A stretch of DNA of 64,000 nt from Candidatus Altimarinota bacterium (GCA_963677745.1 OY782391.1:320001-384000); one strand, 5' to 3'. Positions 36,261 through 46,999 are shown, counted from the first letter of the stretch. A program made the numbers and translations. The notes: generated by a model from the sequence alone, not told the origin.

Positions 36261-39200
36261 CTCACAATCAGCAGCCGCCACAGCGGAAACCAGCGAGATG
36301 TTTTCCACCGTCAAAAAAACTACCGAAAAGGCAGCTCCGCTTGACGCTGCCCTGGAACTGGCCGAAACCCATCCGGATTTTATCGAAACCCTGGCCAACG
36401 GGCCGATCCCGCGTCTGCCGACGCTGGAACCGCGACAATATCAAACTGATTGTCTGGAAAATCTGCGCCAGGCCTATCTGGACGGTGTGATTTCCGCTCT
36501 GGCTGAAATCGGTACCGGAGCAGGAAAAACCGCCATCGCCCTGAATCTGATCGCCGGAATCCCGGGAAAAGTGCTTTGGCTGGCTCCATCAAATGCCGCC
36601 CTCTCCCGCGCCGTGGACGAAACCGAAAATCTGCGACTAAACAAAAAATGCCAGACCCTTAATGGCAAACCGATCGACCCCGACACCGATATCGTGTTCT
36701 CCACTGTGGGGATGCTTAATTACAGCGGGAAATTCGAGCAATTCGATCCGGAAGAATTTTCCCTGATTATTTTTGACGAGGGCCACCATTCCATGGGCAA
36801 AGCCACCCGCAGAATGCTGGAGCATTTCCAGGCCTATCACCTCTACCTCACCGCTACCCCGGAAATGTGCGCCGGACATCTGCACAAATTCGCCCGGCCG
36901 GTTTTCCGTTACAGCTCCGAAGCCTTGATTCATAACGACAACTTCCCTTTCTGGACGCTGCGCCGCTATGAAGTCACCGGTGAAAAACTGAATGAAGCCC
37001 GAGTAATCGGTGATAATTATGCGCTGGCCGCAGAAGAGGAAAATCAGGTTCTGAATATGCCCCACCGCTATGCCATCACCCTGCAGGTCTTACAAAAAAC
37101 CGTTCCAGCCGGTGAAAAAACCATCAGCTTTTTGCCCTCGGTCGCCGCTTCCCGCAAATTTGTGGAGGACATTGTTGCCAAACATCCGGAACTGAAAGGC
37201 AAAGTTGTACATGTGGACGGAAAAATGGACAAGCGCGTTGTCCGGGCCATCGCCAAAGAGTTCCGTTCAGGCCGCATCCTGGCCGTCTGCTGCAATGATC
37301 TGTTCACCGAAAGTCTGGATATTCCGGACATCAAGCACGTAGTTCTGGCCGACCCCTGCTGTTCGCCGCGCGTACTGCTGCAGAGAATCGGGCGCGGTGC
37401 CCGCCCGGCCAAAGGCAAAACCCATCTGACCATCCACGACGTTATTTCCACCGTGGCCAACCTGGAGGATGCCCGCAAAGGCACCGCGCCGCTCACCGTC
37501 GCCGCCGCCCTCAAGGCTCAAACCTACGCTCCCGATATTGTCCTCAACGGCCCCAATAAAGACAAAGTGCTGTTCGAGAAAAGCGGCGGCGACGGCCAAT
37601 CGGTAAGCTTTGTTGATAATACACAGGTGGAAACCGAAGACCTGCCCTTTCATGAAAGAATGATTGACATGACTTTCATGTCCAACCCGGACAGCGCCTT
37701 TGCCCTTTTTAAACTCTTCGCCCGGGAACATTTCCAGACAGCAGTGGAAAACCTCATCCTCTATCCTGACAATTACACTTCCATCAAACCGCAGCCCCGC
37801 GTCCGACTGGCTTATGCCGATCAGCATGAAACCATCATCACCTTCCGCGATGCCGTGACAGCCGTCCGCCTCTATCGCCTGCAGGACAAACTGCTGCAAC
37901 TGATGCAGGAAGATCTGGACACGCTCTGCAGCAGTTTCAATGATAGAGTAAAAGCGGCAAGCAAAACGGAGCAGAAAAAGGCCAAGACTGAATCTGCAGA
38001 AACCCCCAAATCCCAACAGCTGCTGCAAAAGATAATTCGTGAATTAAAAGAACAACCACCCGTACCTGATTATTATCGCGACAGAAGCGAAATCAACAAA
38101 GTTGTCCTGCTGCAAAGCCAACACCTGATGAGTAAAAACCCAAAAACACTTTACGGAATGGGTACCTGGCAGCCTGACCAGGAGCCCCGCAACCAGGCTC
38201 TGCAGGAATATTTTGAAACATCAGACGCTTACCATCATGACAAACAAACCGGCGCGACCGGCAGAACATATCCTTTCCGCGTCAAAAAACACAGCAACGA
38301 ACCGGATGACATCGTCCGCGCAAACGTAGGTAAAATCTTTGAAGAAAGCCAGAAAGTGGATAGCAATAATGAGCTGATCTGTTCGCTGTTGAACGAACCC
38401 GACACCTATTTTCTTTACGTCGCCCAAAAATTTCCCCAGATGTACGTCTGGTTCGAACTGGTCAGCAAAGCTCTGCGCCAGGGTACCTACCAACTATATT
38501 TTTCCCCGAAGGATATCAATCTTGATATGGCCAACTTTCTGCTTTTTGTCGGAATAATAGCTGGAGACTTTGCCTTTGAATCCACATCTTCCTGGCCGGA
38601 ATTCCATATCAGCGAAAGTCATGAACACAACGCCCACAGCAGCTATCTGGTAGTCAGTCTCAATCATCTGCGACCAGGCCAGCCCCCGCTCACCACCAAA
38701 CCTCCCAAATCCCCACTGGAACTGGTTAATGCCGATACTCCTCCGGAAGAGGCACTGCGTCGTATCGCCAATAATACCCAAAAAGAAATCGACCTCCCGG
38801 CCTATCTGGAAAAGATGGAAACCATGTCCGAACAGGTACTGATCCAAAGTAAAAATAGGGCTGGAAATTATGCACCCCGCTCTAACGTTTTCAGACAGCT
38901 GTTCCACAATCCCGATACTTTTCTAAGCCACAGCCCGCAAGCGACAAATATCTGGCGGGGACTGGTCAAATACATGGATGCCTCCAGTCGTCTTTCCACG
39001 GAAGAAAAAAGAAAAAACAATGACTGGAGCACCGGAAAATCTTATGATTTTCGCGTTCAAAAATCCTCCTATGCCTTTGCTCCGGAAGTTGTGACTAGGG
39101 CCGACCAATTTAATAACGAATGCAATAAAATCACCCCCAACCTTAAACTGCAGCGGGAGGTATTCGGAGAACCGGACACCGTTTTTCTGCTCACTCAAAA

Positions 39201-40224
39201 AGATTATCCGCAATTACAGGTCTATTTCAGGATGGTACACGACGCCTTGTCAGAGGGGATCCCTGCTTTATATTTCACACCCGAACAAATCAATTCCGAC
39301 CTTAGCAACTTTCTGCTTTTCATCGGAACTCTATCTGGCGATCATGATTTTGAGGACACGAAAGTCTGGCCGGAATTTTTCATAGAAGATGTCATGACCA
39401 GTGAAGGCCCCTTTCTGACCGTTAACCTGAAACATCTACGCCTGAATACTTCAATACCCAGACAGTCCCGCTCCAGAAAAACCAAAATCGCCAAGGACAC
39501 CCCCAATCTGATTGCACTGGAAAAAGCCGTCACCGACATCAAACCGGTACGCTGGAGCCGTTACCGGGAGAAAATGTCCAAAGTATTTTCAGAAGTCATT
39601 GAAAATAGTCTTCAGTACAAATCCAGATTCGAAACAGTCCAGTCGGAAATGTTTTCTGCTGATTTTCTCACTCCCGGACACACTCCTACTCCAAGAATGG
39701 AAAAAGCCTGGCAGGGTATCAGGGAATATTTTATGACCGCTCAGGTACGCCGCGCAAAAACCCCGCCCAAAGACCGAAAAAAATATCCCTTCCGCGTGGA
39801 AATCAATCATCCCGCTGCCGGCAGGCTGGTACCTTCCCGTGAAATCATCCGGGCGGCTGAAACCCTGAACACTGCATTCAACACACCTCATGACAAAGTT
39901 GACGATGTTAAATGCGTCCATTTACTGGATCAGCCGGATGTCTACTTTGCCTACATGGCCAGCAACTATCCCCAACTGAGTCTGTACTTCAAATTGGTGG
40001 CCGAAGCCTTATCCAAAGATATAAAAGTCCTGACATTTTCAGCAAAACAGATCAACAGCGACCCCGAAAATTTCCTGCTCTTTCTGGGCACCATGTCGGG
40101 CGACTGCCAGTTCATGTTTGAGAATCCGGTATTCCCAGAATTCTGGATTTCGGACGGCCGTCATGGAGAAGGCTCAATCGTTGTCAGTCTCAAGCATCTG
40201 GATCTGCAGATTGCTCAGAAGTAG
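36247..40224 (+). CDS. SF2 (ResIII/DEAH-type) helicase with three tandem C-terminal repeats
   Basis: PRQYQ, GTGAGKT, DEGHH, TATP, ESLDIP, QRIGRGAR; three ~250-aa repeats. Confidence 0.88.
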   Translation: MENLDSQSAAATAETSEMFSTVKKTTEKAAPLDAALELAETHPDFIETLANGPIPRLPTLEPRQYQTDCLENLRQAYLDGVISALAEIGTGAGKTAIALNLIAGIPGKVLWLAPSNAALSRAVDETENLRLNKKCQTLNGKPIDPDTDIVFSTVGMLNYSGKFEQFDPEEFSLIIFDEGHHSMGKATRRMLEHFQAYHLYLTATPEMCAGHLHKFARPVFRYSSEALIHNDNFPFWTLRRYEVTGEKLNEARVIGDNYALAAEEENQVLNMPHRYAITLQVLQKTVPAGEKTISFLPSVAASRKFVEDIVAKHPELKGKVVHVDGKMDKRVVRAIAKEFRSGRILAVCCNDLFTESLDIPDIKHVVLADPCCSPRVLLQRIGRGARPAKGKTHLTIHDVISTVANLEDARKGTAPLTVAAALKAQTYAPDIVLNGPNKDKVLFEKSGGDGQSVSFVDNTQVETEDLPFHERMIDMTFMSNPDSAFALFKLFAREHFQTAVENLILYPDNYTSIKPQPRVRLAYADQHETIITFRDAVTAVRLYRLQDKLLQLMQEDLDTLCSSFNDRVKAASKTEQKKAKTESAETPKSQQLLQKIIRELKEQPPVPDYYRDRSEINKVVLLQSQHLMSKNPKTLYGMGTWQPDQEPRNQALQEYFETSDAYHHDKQTGATGRTYPFRVKKHSNEPDDIVRANVGKIFEESQKVDSNNELICSLLNEPDTYFLYVAQKFPQMYVWFELVSKALRQGTYQLYFSPKDINLDMANFLLFVGIIAGDFAFESTSSWPEFHISESHEHNAHSSYLVVSLNHLRPGQPPLTTKPPKSPLELVNADTPPEEALRRIANNTQKEIDLPAYLEKMETMSEQVLIQSKNRAGNYAPRSNVFRQLFHNPDTFLSHSPQATNIWRGLVKYMDASSRLSTEEKRKNNDWSTGKSYDFRVQKSSYAFAPEVVTRADQFNNECNKITPNLKLQREVFGEPDTVFLLTQKDYPQLQVYFRMVHDALSEGIPALYFTPEQINSDLSNFLLFIGTLSGDHDFEDTKVWPEFFIEDVMTSEGPFLTVNLKHLRLNTSIPRQSRSRKTKIAKDTPNLIALEKAVTDIKPVRWSRYREKMSKVFSEVIENSLQYKSRFETVQSEMFSADFLTPGHTPTPRMEKAWQGIREYFMTAQVRRAKTPPKDRKKYPFRVEINHPAAGRLVPSREIIRAAETLNTAFNTPHDKVDDVKCVHLLDQPDVYFAYMASNYPQLSLYFKLVAEALSKDIKVLTFSAKQINSDPENFLLFLGTMSGDCQFMFENPVFPEFWISDGRHGEGSIVVSLKHLDLQIAQK

Positions 40225-41029
40225 CCTCCTTTTGACCTTCCTCCTCCTGTTGAGCTGCTTTCTGTTCCAACTCTGCCTTGTAGACCTGCCACATGCTGTT
40301 TGGCTTATTGCGGAATTTCGCGGTCACATGGGCATAAAAAGCGGTAGACTGCATTGTGGTTATACCAAACTGACTGCTCAGCCACTCAGCACAATACTTT
40401 CTGGCAGAATCACAATCCATCCAGTCCTTCGGATCCATTTCTGTACGCTTGGCCAGTTCAATAAACGGATGGAACTTCAACCAAGCCTTGTGTTTCTCAT
40501 CCTTTAGCATTGTCCCGGCCCCTTCACGCAACTCAACATCTAAAGCTAGCGAACGCATTTCACCAAGAATCCCGCTTAAATGATGGATAACCGTCCTAAA
40601 AAGCAGATCAATGGAAGACAGTTCTTCCTCCTTAACTATCTTTCTCTTGCGCCCCTTTTTCAAAGGTTTAGCCGGCGCCGGTCGCAATGCAGCCTCCAGC
40701 CTCTTTCCGGATTCGGTAATGTCCACCATCTCGTCCACCATTTGCTGAATATTAAGTATTTCAGCCAGCTCCGGAGGCAGATTTTGTTTTTCTATCGTAG
40801 CTACCGCCAGGAAATATTTTTCACTCATACCTTCCAGCATGGCCAGCAGACTGTCGCGTTCACTGATGGGCATATTACGGTTGACCAGCATTGAGCGGGT
40901 CTGTTGGCGCATCAACAAAATAGTTTTCAAAACATCGCTCAGATGATGCTGCGGCACTATTTCAGCAGTTTCAACCAGTTCCCTCGATAACCTGGCCTGT
41001 AATTCTTCGCCGTCAATTAAAGTTGTCAT
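40190..41029 (-). CDS. Hypothetical protein
   Basis: 279-aa ORF, convergent 35-bp overlap with the helicase. Confidence 0.7.
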   Translation of the reverse strand: MTTLIDGEELQARLSRELVETAEIVPQHHLSDVLKTILLMRQQTRSMLVNRNMPISERDSLLAMLEGMSEKYFLAVATIEKQNLPPELAEILNIQQMVDEMVDITESGKRLEAALRPAPAKPLKKGRKRKIVKEEELSSIDLLFRTVIHHLSGILGEMRSLALDVELREGAGTMLKDEKHKAWLKFHPFIELAKRTEMDPKDWMDCDSARKYCAEWLSSQFGITTMQSTAFYAHVTAKFRNKPNSMWQVYKAELEQKAAQQEEEGQKEATSEQSADPDA

Positions 41030-41170
41030 AAAATTAAGTAAAATTCGTTGATGTAACTATAATCTAGTCTAAACATTTGTCAACATTTGCCATTCCTGCC
41101 AATTTCTGCCACCATACTCGCGCAAATTGGCGGCGTTATTATAGAAGCCGACCACTGTCACCAATATTAT

Positions 41171-42283
41171 ATGGAACTCATCGCCACCTGCGCTTTCGGA
41201 CTGGAAAAACTGGTTTATCAGGAGCTGAAAAAGCTCAGCCTCTGGGTAGTGAAAACCGAGGACGGCCGGGTCACCTTCAACGGTGAACACGACGACATCG
41301 CTCGCGCCAACATCTGGCTGCGCACAGCCGAACGTGTGCATATCAAACTGGCCGAATTCCCCGCCAAAACCTTCGATGAACTTTTCGACCGCACAACCGC
41401 ACTGGACTGGCCGGCCATCCTGCCCCAAGGGTCCAGCTTCCCCGTGCTCTGCACCACCAGCAAATCCACACTGCACCACGAACCGTCCATACAGAGCATC
41501 GCCAAGAAAGCCATCGTAAAAAACCTGCAGAAATATTACGGCATAGACCAGATTCCCGAAAAAGGACCGGAATATTCCGTTCTGATCCGCCTGCATAACG
41601 ACATCTGCACCATCAGCATCGACACCTCCGGCGAAAGCCTGCATAAGCGCGGCTACCGTCCGCAGGCCGGCCTGGCACCGATTAAGGAAACCCTGGCCGC
41701 CGCTTTGGTACTGCTTTCCGACTGGACACCGGAGCGAACGCTTTTGGATCTGTTCTGCGGCAGCGGGACTATTCTAATGGAGGCGGCCATGATCGGTCTG
41801 AACATCGCCCCCGGCCTCACCCGCCGCTTCGCTTTTGAAAGCTGGCCGGAATGGACCCCGGACAAACTCGCCGCCCTGCGCGCCGAGGCCGCCGCCGCCC
41901 GCCTGGATCTGCCCATGCACATCTACGGCTATGACATCGACCCCAATGCCGTGAAAATCGCCCAGGCCAATTCCACCCTGGCCGGGCTGGAAAAAGTCCT
42001 GCATTTTGCCATCACCGACTTCCATATTCTCAATTTCGACAAGATGAAGGACTGCACCATCATCACCAACCCGCCCTACGGCGAGCGCCTGTCTGAGCAG
42101 TCCGAGGTGGAAAAAACCTGCCGCGACCTGGGCACCTCTTTCGTCAAAACCACCAACTGTTCCCTCTTTCTGATCACCGCCTTCGAAAAATTTGAAGAAG
42201 CCTTCGGTAAAAAAGCCGCCAAGAACCGCAAACTCTTCAACGGCAAACTGAAGTGCTATCTCTACCAATATCCGGCTGTCTGA
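41171..42283 (+). CDS. THUMP-domain RNA methyltransferase (RlmL/YpsC-like)
   Basis: TCAFGLE, DTSGESLHKRGYR, APIKETLAAA, DLFCGSGT, NPPYGER, RKLFNG. Confidence 0.93.
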   Translation: MELIATCAFGLEKLVYQELKKLSLWVVKTEDGRVTFNGEHDDIARANIWLRTAERVHIKLAEFPAKTFDELFDRTTALDWPAILPQGSSFPVLCTTSKSTLHHEPSIQSIAKKAIVKNLQKYYGIDQIPEKGPEYSVLIRLHNDICTISIDTSGESLHKRGYRPQAGLAPIKETLAAALVLLSDWTPERTLLDLFCGSGTILMEAAMIGLNIAPGLTRRFAFESWPEWTPDKLAALRAEAAAARLDLPMHIYGYDIDPNAVKIAQANSTLAGLEKVLHFAITDFHILNFDKMKDCTIITNPPYGERLSEQSEVEKTCRDLGTSFVKTTNCSLFLITAFEKFEEAFGKKAAKNRKLFNGKLKCYLYQYPAV

Positions 42284-42377
42284 ACAAACCGCATCCGACA
42301 GTCATTTATCACCATAATTTCCCGGCAGAAAAAAGCTGTGCTAAAATGCCGGCGTTTAATTCTTTTGTAATATAAAT

Positions 42378-42794
42378 ATGACCGAAAACACCACCGCCGA
42401 ACTCACCGCCGCAACAGTTGAACAGATCGCCGCGGAAAATTTTAACAAATGGAATGCCGCACTCCAGACCAGAGACGCCAAACAGGTCGCGGCAATCTAC
42501 AGTGAGGACTCCACCTTTCTGCCGACCATGTCCGGAGAATTCAAAAAAGGCCGACCCGGAGCCGAAGAATATTTTCATCATTTTCTGGAAAAATTCCCCT
42601 CGGGAGAAGTTATAAACGGGGCCGCCCAGATTCTTTCCCCTACCAGTTATCTGCACTCCGGACTTTATAATTTTACAGTCGGACCGGAAGACAAAAGAGA
42701 AGTTGTTCAGGCCAGATTTACTTATGCCTGGTCAAAAGACGAACAGGGCAACTGGTTAATCCGCCACCATCACTCTTCCGTCAAACCTCAATAA
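42378..42794 (+). CDS. NTF2/SnoaL-like protein (COG4875, iota-class carbonic anhydrase-like)
   Basis: FNKWNAAL, FLPTMS, YFHHFL, ARFTY, C-terminal HHHSS. Confidence 0.85.
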   Translation: MTENTTAELTAATVEQIAAENFNKWNAALQTRDAKQVAAIYSEDSTFLPTMSGEFKKGRPGAEEYFHHFLEKFPSGEVINGAAQILSPTSYLHSGLYNFTVGPEDKREVVQARFTYAWSKDEQGNWLIRHHHSSVKPQ

Positions 42795-42802
42795 TCATTT
42801 CC

Positions 42803-43570
42803 ATGTCTGAATTATTGTTATATAGCTGGAACGTCAACGGCCTCCGTGCCGCAGAAAAAAAAGGCTTCATCGATTGGGCGCGTAAAACCGGTGCCGACAT
42901 AATTGCCCTGCAGGAAACCAAATGCCATCCCGAACAGCTCTCCGAAAAAATCCTCAATATCGACGGGTACAAAAGTTACTGGAAATCCGGCGAACGCAAA
43001 GGCTATTCGGGAGTAGCCATCTATACCCGCCTTAAACCTCTGAAAATTCTCGACACCTTCAACGACCTGGTTCTCAACGATGAAGGCAGACTGCTCGGCC
43101 TGGAATTGGAAAACTTCTTTTTCTTCACAGGATATTTCCCCAACGGCGGACAGGGCATGCACCGCGTGGAATATAAACTGGACTTCTACAATCGTTTTGA
43201 AAAAATGATTGAGTCCCTGCCCAAACCCGTCGTGTTTTGCGGCGACGTAAATACCGCCCACCACGAAATCGACCTGGCCAGACCCAAAGAAAACCGCAAC
43301 ACATCAGGTTTTATGGACGTGGAAAGAGCCTGGCTCAACCACCTGATTGATCAAAAAGGTTACATCGACTCCTTCCGGCATTTCCATTCTGAACCCAACC
43401 GCTATTCCTGGTGGGATATGAAAACCAAAGCCCGCGAGCGGAACATCGGCTGGAGAATCGATTATTTTATTGCCAGCCCCAAACTAAAATCTCATCTGTT
43501 GGCAGCCGACATAGACTCACACGTTCAAGGATCGGACCACGCCCCGATCTATCTCAAAATTAAAATCTGA
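42803..43570 (+). CDS. xth: Exodeoxyribonuclease III
   Basis: SWNVNGLRA, LQETK, GYSGVA, EGR, GDVNTAH, GWRIDY, SDHAP. Confidence 0.96.
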   Translation: MSELLLYSWNVNGLRAAEKKGFIDWARKTGADIIALQETKCHPEQLSEKILNIDGYKSYWKSGERKGYSGVAIYTRLKPLKILDTFNDLVLNDEGRLLGLELENFFFFTGYFPNGGQGMHRVEYKLDFYNRFEKMIESLPKPVVFCGDVNTAHHEIDLARPKENRNTSGFMDVERAWLNHLIDQKGYIDSFRHFHSEPNRYSWWDMKTKARERNIGWRIDYFIASPKLKSHLLAADIDSHVQGSDHAPIYLKIKI

Positions 43571-43582
43571 GCTGAGAACGAA

Positions 43583-44359
43583 TCAGGATTTCACTTTCTT
43601 ACCGGCGTACTTTTTCAAATCCGACTTCTTAACCACCAGATTGAGCAAAGACTTGTCAGTCTTCTTGGGAATCTGGCAAACGGCTTCTTTGCACTGGATT
43701 TTTCGCAATTTCTTTTCCTTCTGATAAAGCTTGTGGAAAGTATCAATCATCACAATCGCCTCATCGTCATCTTTGGCGATATAGACATAGTCAAAATCCT
43801 GCGGACTGACCAGATTGCCCGGCAATACGTCCTTTTTCATCCAGGCTATCAGATCCTTCCACATATGTCCGATCAAGATAATTGGCTTGTAATCAACATG
43901 ATGAACCTGAAGATGCTGCCACATATAATACAGTTCCAGCAAAGAACCAATACCTCCGGTGGTAACCACCATCACATTGGACAACGCCAGAAAAGTATCC
44001 AGACGCTGGGAAAAATGCCTGAAACGATGCCGTATTTCCAGATGTCTGTTGCCCTTATTTTCAAAAGGCAAATAAATCACCAGACCGATTGAATCGGCCA
44101 CCCCTTTGGTGTCACCGGCCATATGACCGGCATTGGCTGCCTCCATCAGGCCTGGGCCGCCGCCCGTAACCACATCATATCCGTGTTGGCCTACTTTTTT
44201 GGCCAAATCAAAGACCTCCTGATAAATTTTATCACCGGCTTTAATTCTGGCCGAACCAAATATCGCCACACGAAAATGACTTCTTTTTCTGATCTCCCGG
44301 TCGATATCGAGTGACTTGATTTTTTTATGATTCACCAGTTTCTCCAATTTGATTGCCAT
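43583..44359 (-). CDS. LOG family nucleotide phosphoribohydrolase
   Basis: FGSAR, TGGGPGLMEAANAG, LPFE, GGIGSLLEL. Confidence 0.9.
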   Translation of the reverse strand: MAIKLEKLVNHKKIKSLDIDREIRKRSHFRVAIFGSARIKAGDKIYQEVFDLAKKVGQHGYDVVTGGGPGLMEAANAGHMAGDTKGVADSIGLVIYLPFENKGNRHLEIRHRFRHFSQRLDTFLALSNVMVVTTGGIGSLLELYYMWQHLQVHHVDYKPIILIGHMWKDLIAWMKKDVLPGNLVSPQDFDYVYIAKDDDEAIVMIDTFHKLYQKEKKLRKIQCKEAVCQIPKKTDKSLLNLVVKKSDLKKYAGKKVKS

Positions 44360-44456
44360 ATTGTTTTTTATTTTAGATTTTTGTAATCCCTCCATTTTAC
44401 CATATTCGGACACATTAAAAAAGCCCCCCGATCCCCTCCCGGCCAAAGAATTCACG

Positions 44457-45758
44457 CTACTTACCGGCAACCAACATTGCCCTGGTCAGTTTCTTGGACA
44501 ATTCCACTCCCGGTTGATCATAGGCATCTATTCCAAAAAGCTCGCCCAGATAGGCCACCGACATCTCCAGAATAACCAGCAACTGCCCGAGACTTTCGGC
44601 ATCAAGTTTATCCAGAGTGATTTTTACCGACGGACGGTTTTGTTTTACCAGCGCCTTAAAAGTCCCTTCCAGTTCTTTTAACAACAACCTGTTAAAAGAA
44701 AGATTTTCCAGATAGGACAGTTCTGGCGGATGCCAGTTTACATCCCTGGAAATTTTCAGATCGGTCTCCGGACGGGCCACTTCCAAAAACAAAAACAACT
44801 TGTCATTCGGACCTTCGTTATAGAGTTGATTCTGAGCATGCTGATCGGACGCACCCAGGGCCGCCACGGGAGTAATTCCGACTTCCACCCGCCGGCCTTT
44901 CCGGTCAAACTTTTTCCCGATGCTCTCTGCCAAAAGCTGGCCGTACCAGTCTGCCAGTCCTCTTAATTTCTGCGCATAGGGCCAGAAAACAGTAATAGAT
45001 TTGCCCTTTTTGTATAACAGATATTGAGTCAAAGCCAGCCGCCAGGCCGGATTGAGCACAGTATTTGATTTCAGGGATTCTGTGCGTCCCTTGCGGGCAC
45101 CGGTCAGAATATTGTCAATTTTGAAACCCGCCAAAGCCGCCGGCAACAACCCCACCACCGTCAGTGCGGAAAAACGTCCACCCACCTTTTGGGGAACGGG
45201 AAAAACCGGTAAACCCGGCGTCTGACCGGCCAGTTTCCGCAATAATCCGCCGTCGGGATCGGTGACAAACACAAAATGCTTTTTCCAGTCCAGTTTTTTG
45301 GAAACAATTCTGTTTTTGAAATACAGAAACTGGGCTAGAGTTTCGGCTGTCCCGCCGGACTTGGTAACGACCAGAAAGAGGGTCCGACGCAAATCAACAC
45401 TCTGTTCAAACTCGGACAATAAAACCGGATCAATATTATCCAGCACGGTTAACCTCGTTTTCGAATTGTCTTTTTCAAATAATTTACCCAGAGCCTGTCC
45501 GATACATCTTGCTCCCAGCGCCGACCCTCCGATTCCCAGAACCACAATCTCCCGATAAACCCCCTTCACCCCGTCGGCAAAATTCTTGACCGCTTTGACA
45601 GCGGCACGATCATCCAGAACTTCCAGAAAATCCTGTTTCCGGGATTTGAATGCCTTCAAATAAGCGGGAAATCGCTGATTATATTTTTGGTATTCCTTTG
45701 AACGAAGTCCCTCCGCAGCGGCAATTTCTTCCAATGGACCGAAATCAAATTTCACCAT
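44457..45758 (-). CDS. pgi: Glucose-6-phosphate isomerase
   Basis: GIGGSALG, TKSGGTAET, VGGRFSAL, QLLAESIGK, DQH, YDQPGVELSK. Confidence 0.95.
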   Translation of the reverse strand: MVKFDFGPLEEIAAAEGLRSKEYQKYNQRFPAYLKAFKSRKQDFLEVLDDRAAVKAVKNFADGVKGVYREIVVLGIGGSALGARCIGQALGKLFEKDNSKTRLTVLDNIDPVLLSEFEQSVDLRRTLFLVVTKSGGTAETLAQFLYFKNRIVSKKLDWKKHFVFVTDPDGGLLRKLAGQTPGLPVFPVPQKVGGRFSALTVVGLLPAALAGFKIDNILTGARKGRTESLKSNTVLNPAWRLALTQYLLYKKGKSITVFWPYAQKLRGLADWYGQLLAESIGKKFDRKGRRVEVGITPVAALGASDQHAQNQLYNEGPNDKLFLFLEVARPETDLKISRDVNWHPPELSYLENLSFNRLLLKELEGTFKALVKQNRPSVKITLDKLDAESLGQLLVILEMSVAYLGELFGIDAYDQPGVELSKKLTRAMLVAGK

Positions 45759-45760
45759 AT

Positions 45761-46414
45761 TTATTTTTGCAAATTTTTAACTTTCTCCCAATCAGCCAGA
45801 AACTGGGCAATACCTTTGTCGGTCAGAGGATGCTTAAACAGCAGTTCCATCACCGACGGTGGAATAGTGGCAATATCGGCACCAGCCAAAGCGGCCGCCG
45901 TCACATGTTCGGGATGGCGGATGGAAGCCGCCAACACCTTGGCCTCAAAATTATAATTGCCGAAAACCGTCACCATTTCCTCCACCAGCAGCATGCCGTT
46001 TTCGGAAATATCATCCAGCCGGCCCACAAACGGGCTGACCAGTTTCGCGCCTGCCTTGGCAGCCAAAAGCGCCTGATTAACAGAAAAAACCAGCGTCACG
46101 TTGACATTCACGCCTTCATCGGTCAGAGCGCGGCAGGCGCGTATGCCATCCATGGTCATGGGCACTTTGACATACACATTATTGGCCCAGGTTCGGTATA
46201 TTCTGGCCTCGTTGATCATTCCCTGAAAGTCTGTGGCAATCACTTCCGAACTGACCGGACCTTTGACCACCTCACAGATTTCTTTGATCCTCTTTTCCAG
46301 TGAAACACCTTCCTTGGCCACCAGTGAAGGATTGGTAGTAACCCCGTCCACAATCCCCAAAGTGGCATATTTCTTGATATCCTCCAGATTGGCTGTATCC
46401 AGAAAAAATTGCAT
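45761..46414 (-). CDS. tal: Transaldolase / fructose-6-phosphate aldolase
   Basis: FFLDTAN, GVTTNPSL, VYVKVP, NVTLVFS, SPFVGRLDD, AASIRHP. Confidence 0.93.
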   Translation of the reverse strand: MQFFLDTANLEDIKKYATLGIVDGVTTNPSLVAKEGVSLEKRIKEICEVVKGPVSSEVIATDFQGMINEARIYRTWANNVYVKVPMTMDGIRACRALTDEGVNVNVTLVFSVNQALLAAKAGAKLVSPFVGRLDDISENGMLLVEEMVTVFGNYNFEAKVLAASIRHPEHVTAAALAGADIATIPPSVMELLFKHPLTDKGIAQFLADWEKVKNLQK

Positions 46415-46552
46415 ATTTTTGTTTTAAATTAATTCATAGCAAGTTTAAGCCAAAGACAATAAAAAGGAACAGTTTAAAGTTGACAAAAAGGGCTTTATGG
46501 ACAAAAATTACACCTTATTTTTGCTCTTCACTGAACATTTACCCCTCTCCTA

Positions 46553-46999
46553 ATGACAATTAATCTGCCATCTCAACAAGATCTCATTGCACCGGACAGA
46601 AACCTGCTGCTGATTGACGACGACCCCGTTATCCGGAGAAGCATCAGAAGACTGTTGGTTAAACATTTCCGGCTGGTTTTGGAAGCAGCCGACAGACTTT
46701 CCGCCCTCCAGGCCATCAACGGTCTGGGAGAAACAGACATCATCCTTTCCGACCTGCATCTTTCCGCAGGAAATCATGGAGAAGGTTTTCAAATCGCCGA
46801 AGTCACCCGAGAAATGCGAAAAGAAAGAGGCCTGACCTTTATCCTCTGTAGTAGTGAAAGCACCGAAGGGGGCCTGATCCAGATTGGAAATCAATTATCC
46901 GCCGGCATAATCGATGCCTTTATTCCAAAACCCTATGACATCGAAGATTTGAGAATAACCATTCAAGAGGCTCTGCGCAATACGCAAAACCGGCAATAA
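46553..46999 (+). CDS. Single-domain response regulator receiver
   Basis: LLIDDD, IILSD, FIPKPY. Confidence 0.88.
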   Translation: MTINLPSQQDLIAPDRNLLLIDDDPVIRRSIRRLLVKHFRLVLEAADRLSALQAINGLGETDIILSDLHLSAGNHGEGFQIAEVTREMRKERGLTFILCSSESTEGGLIQIGNQLSAGIIDAFIPKPYDIEDLRITIQEALRNTQNRQ

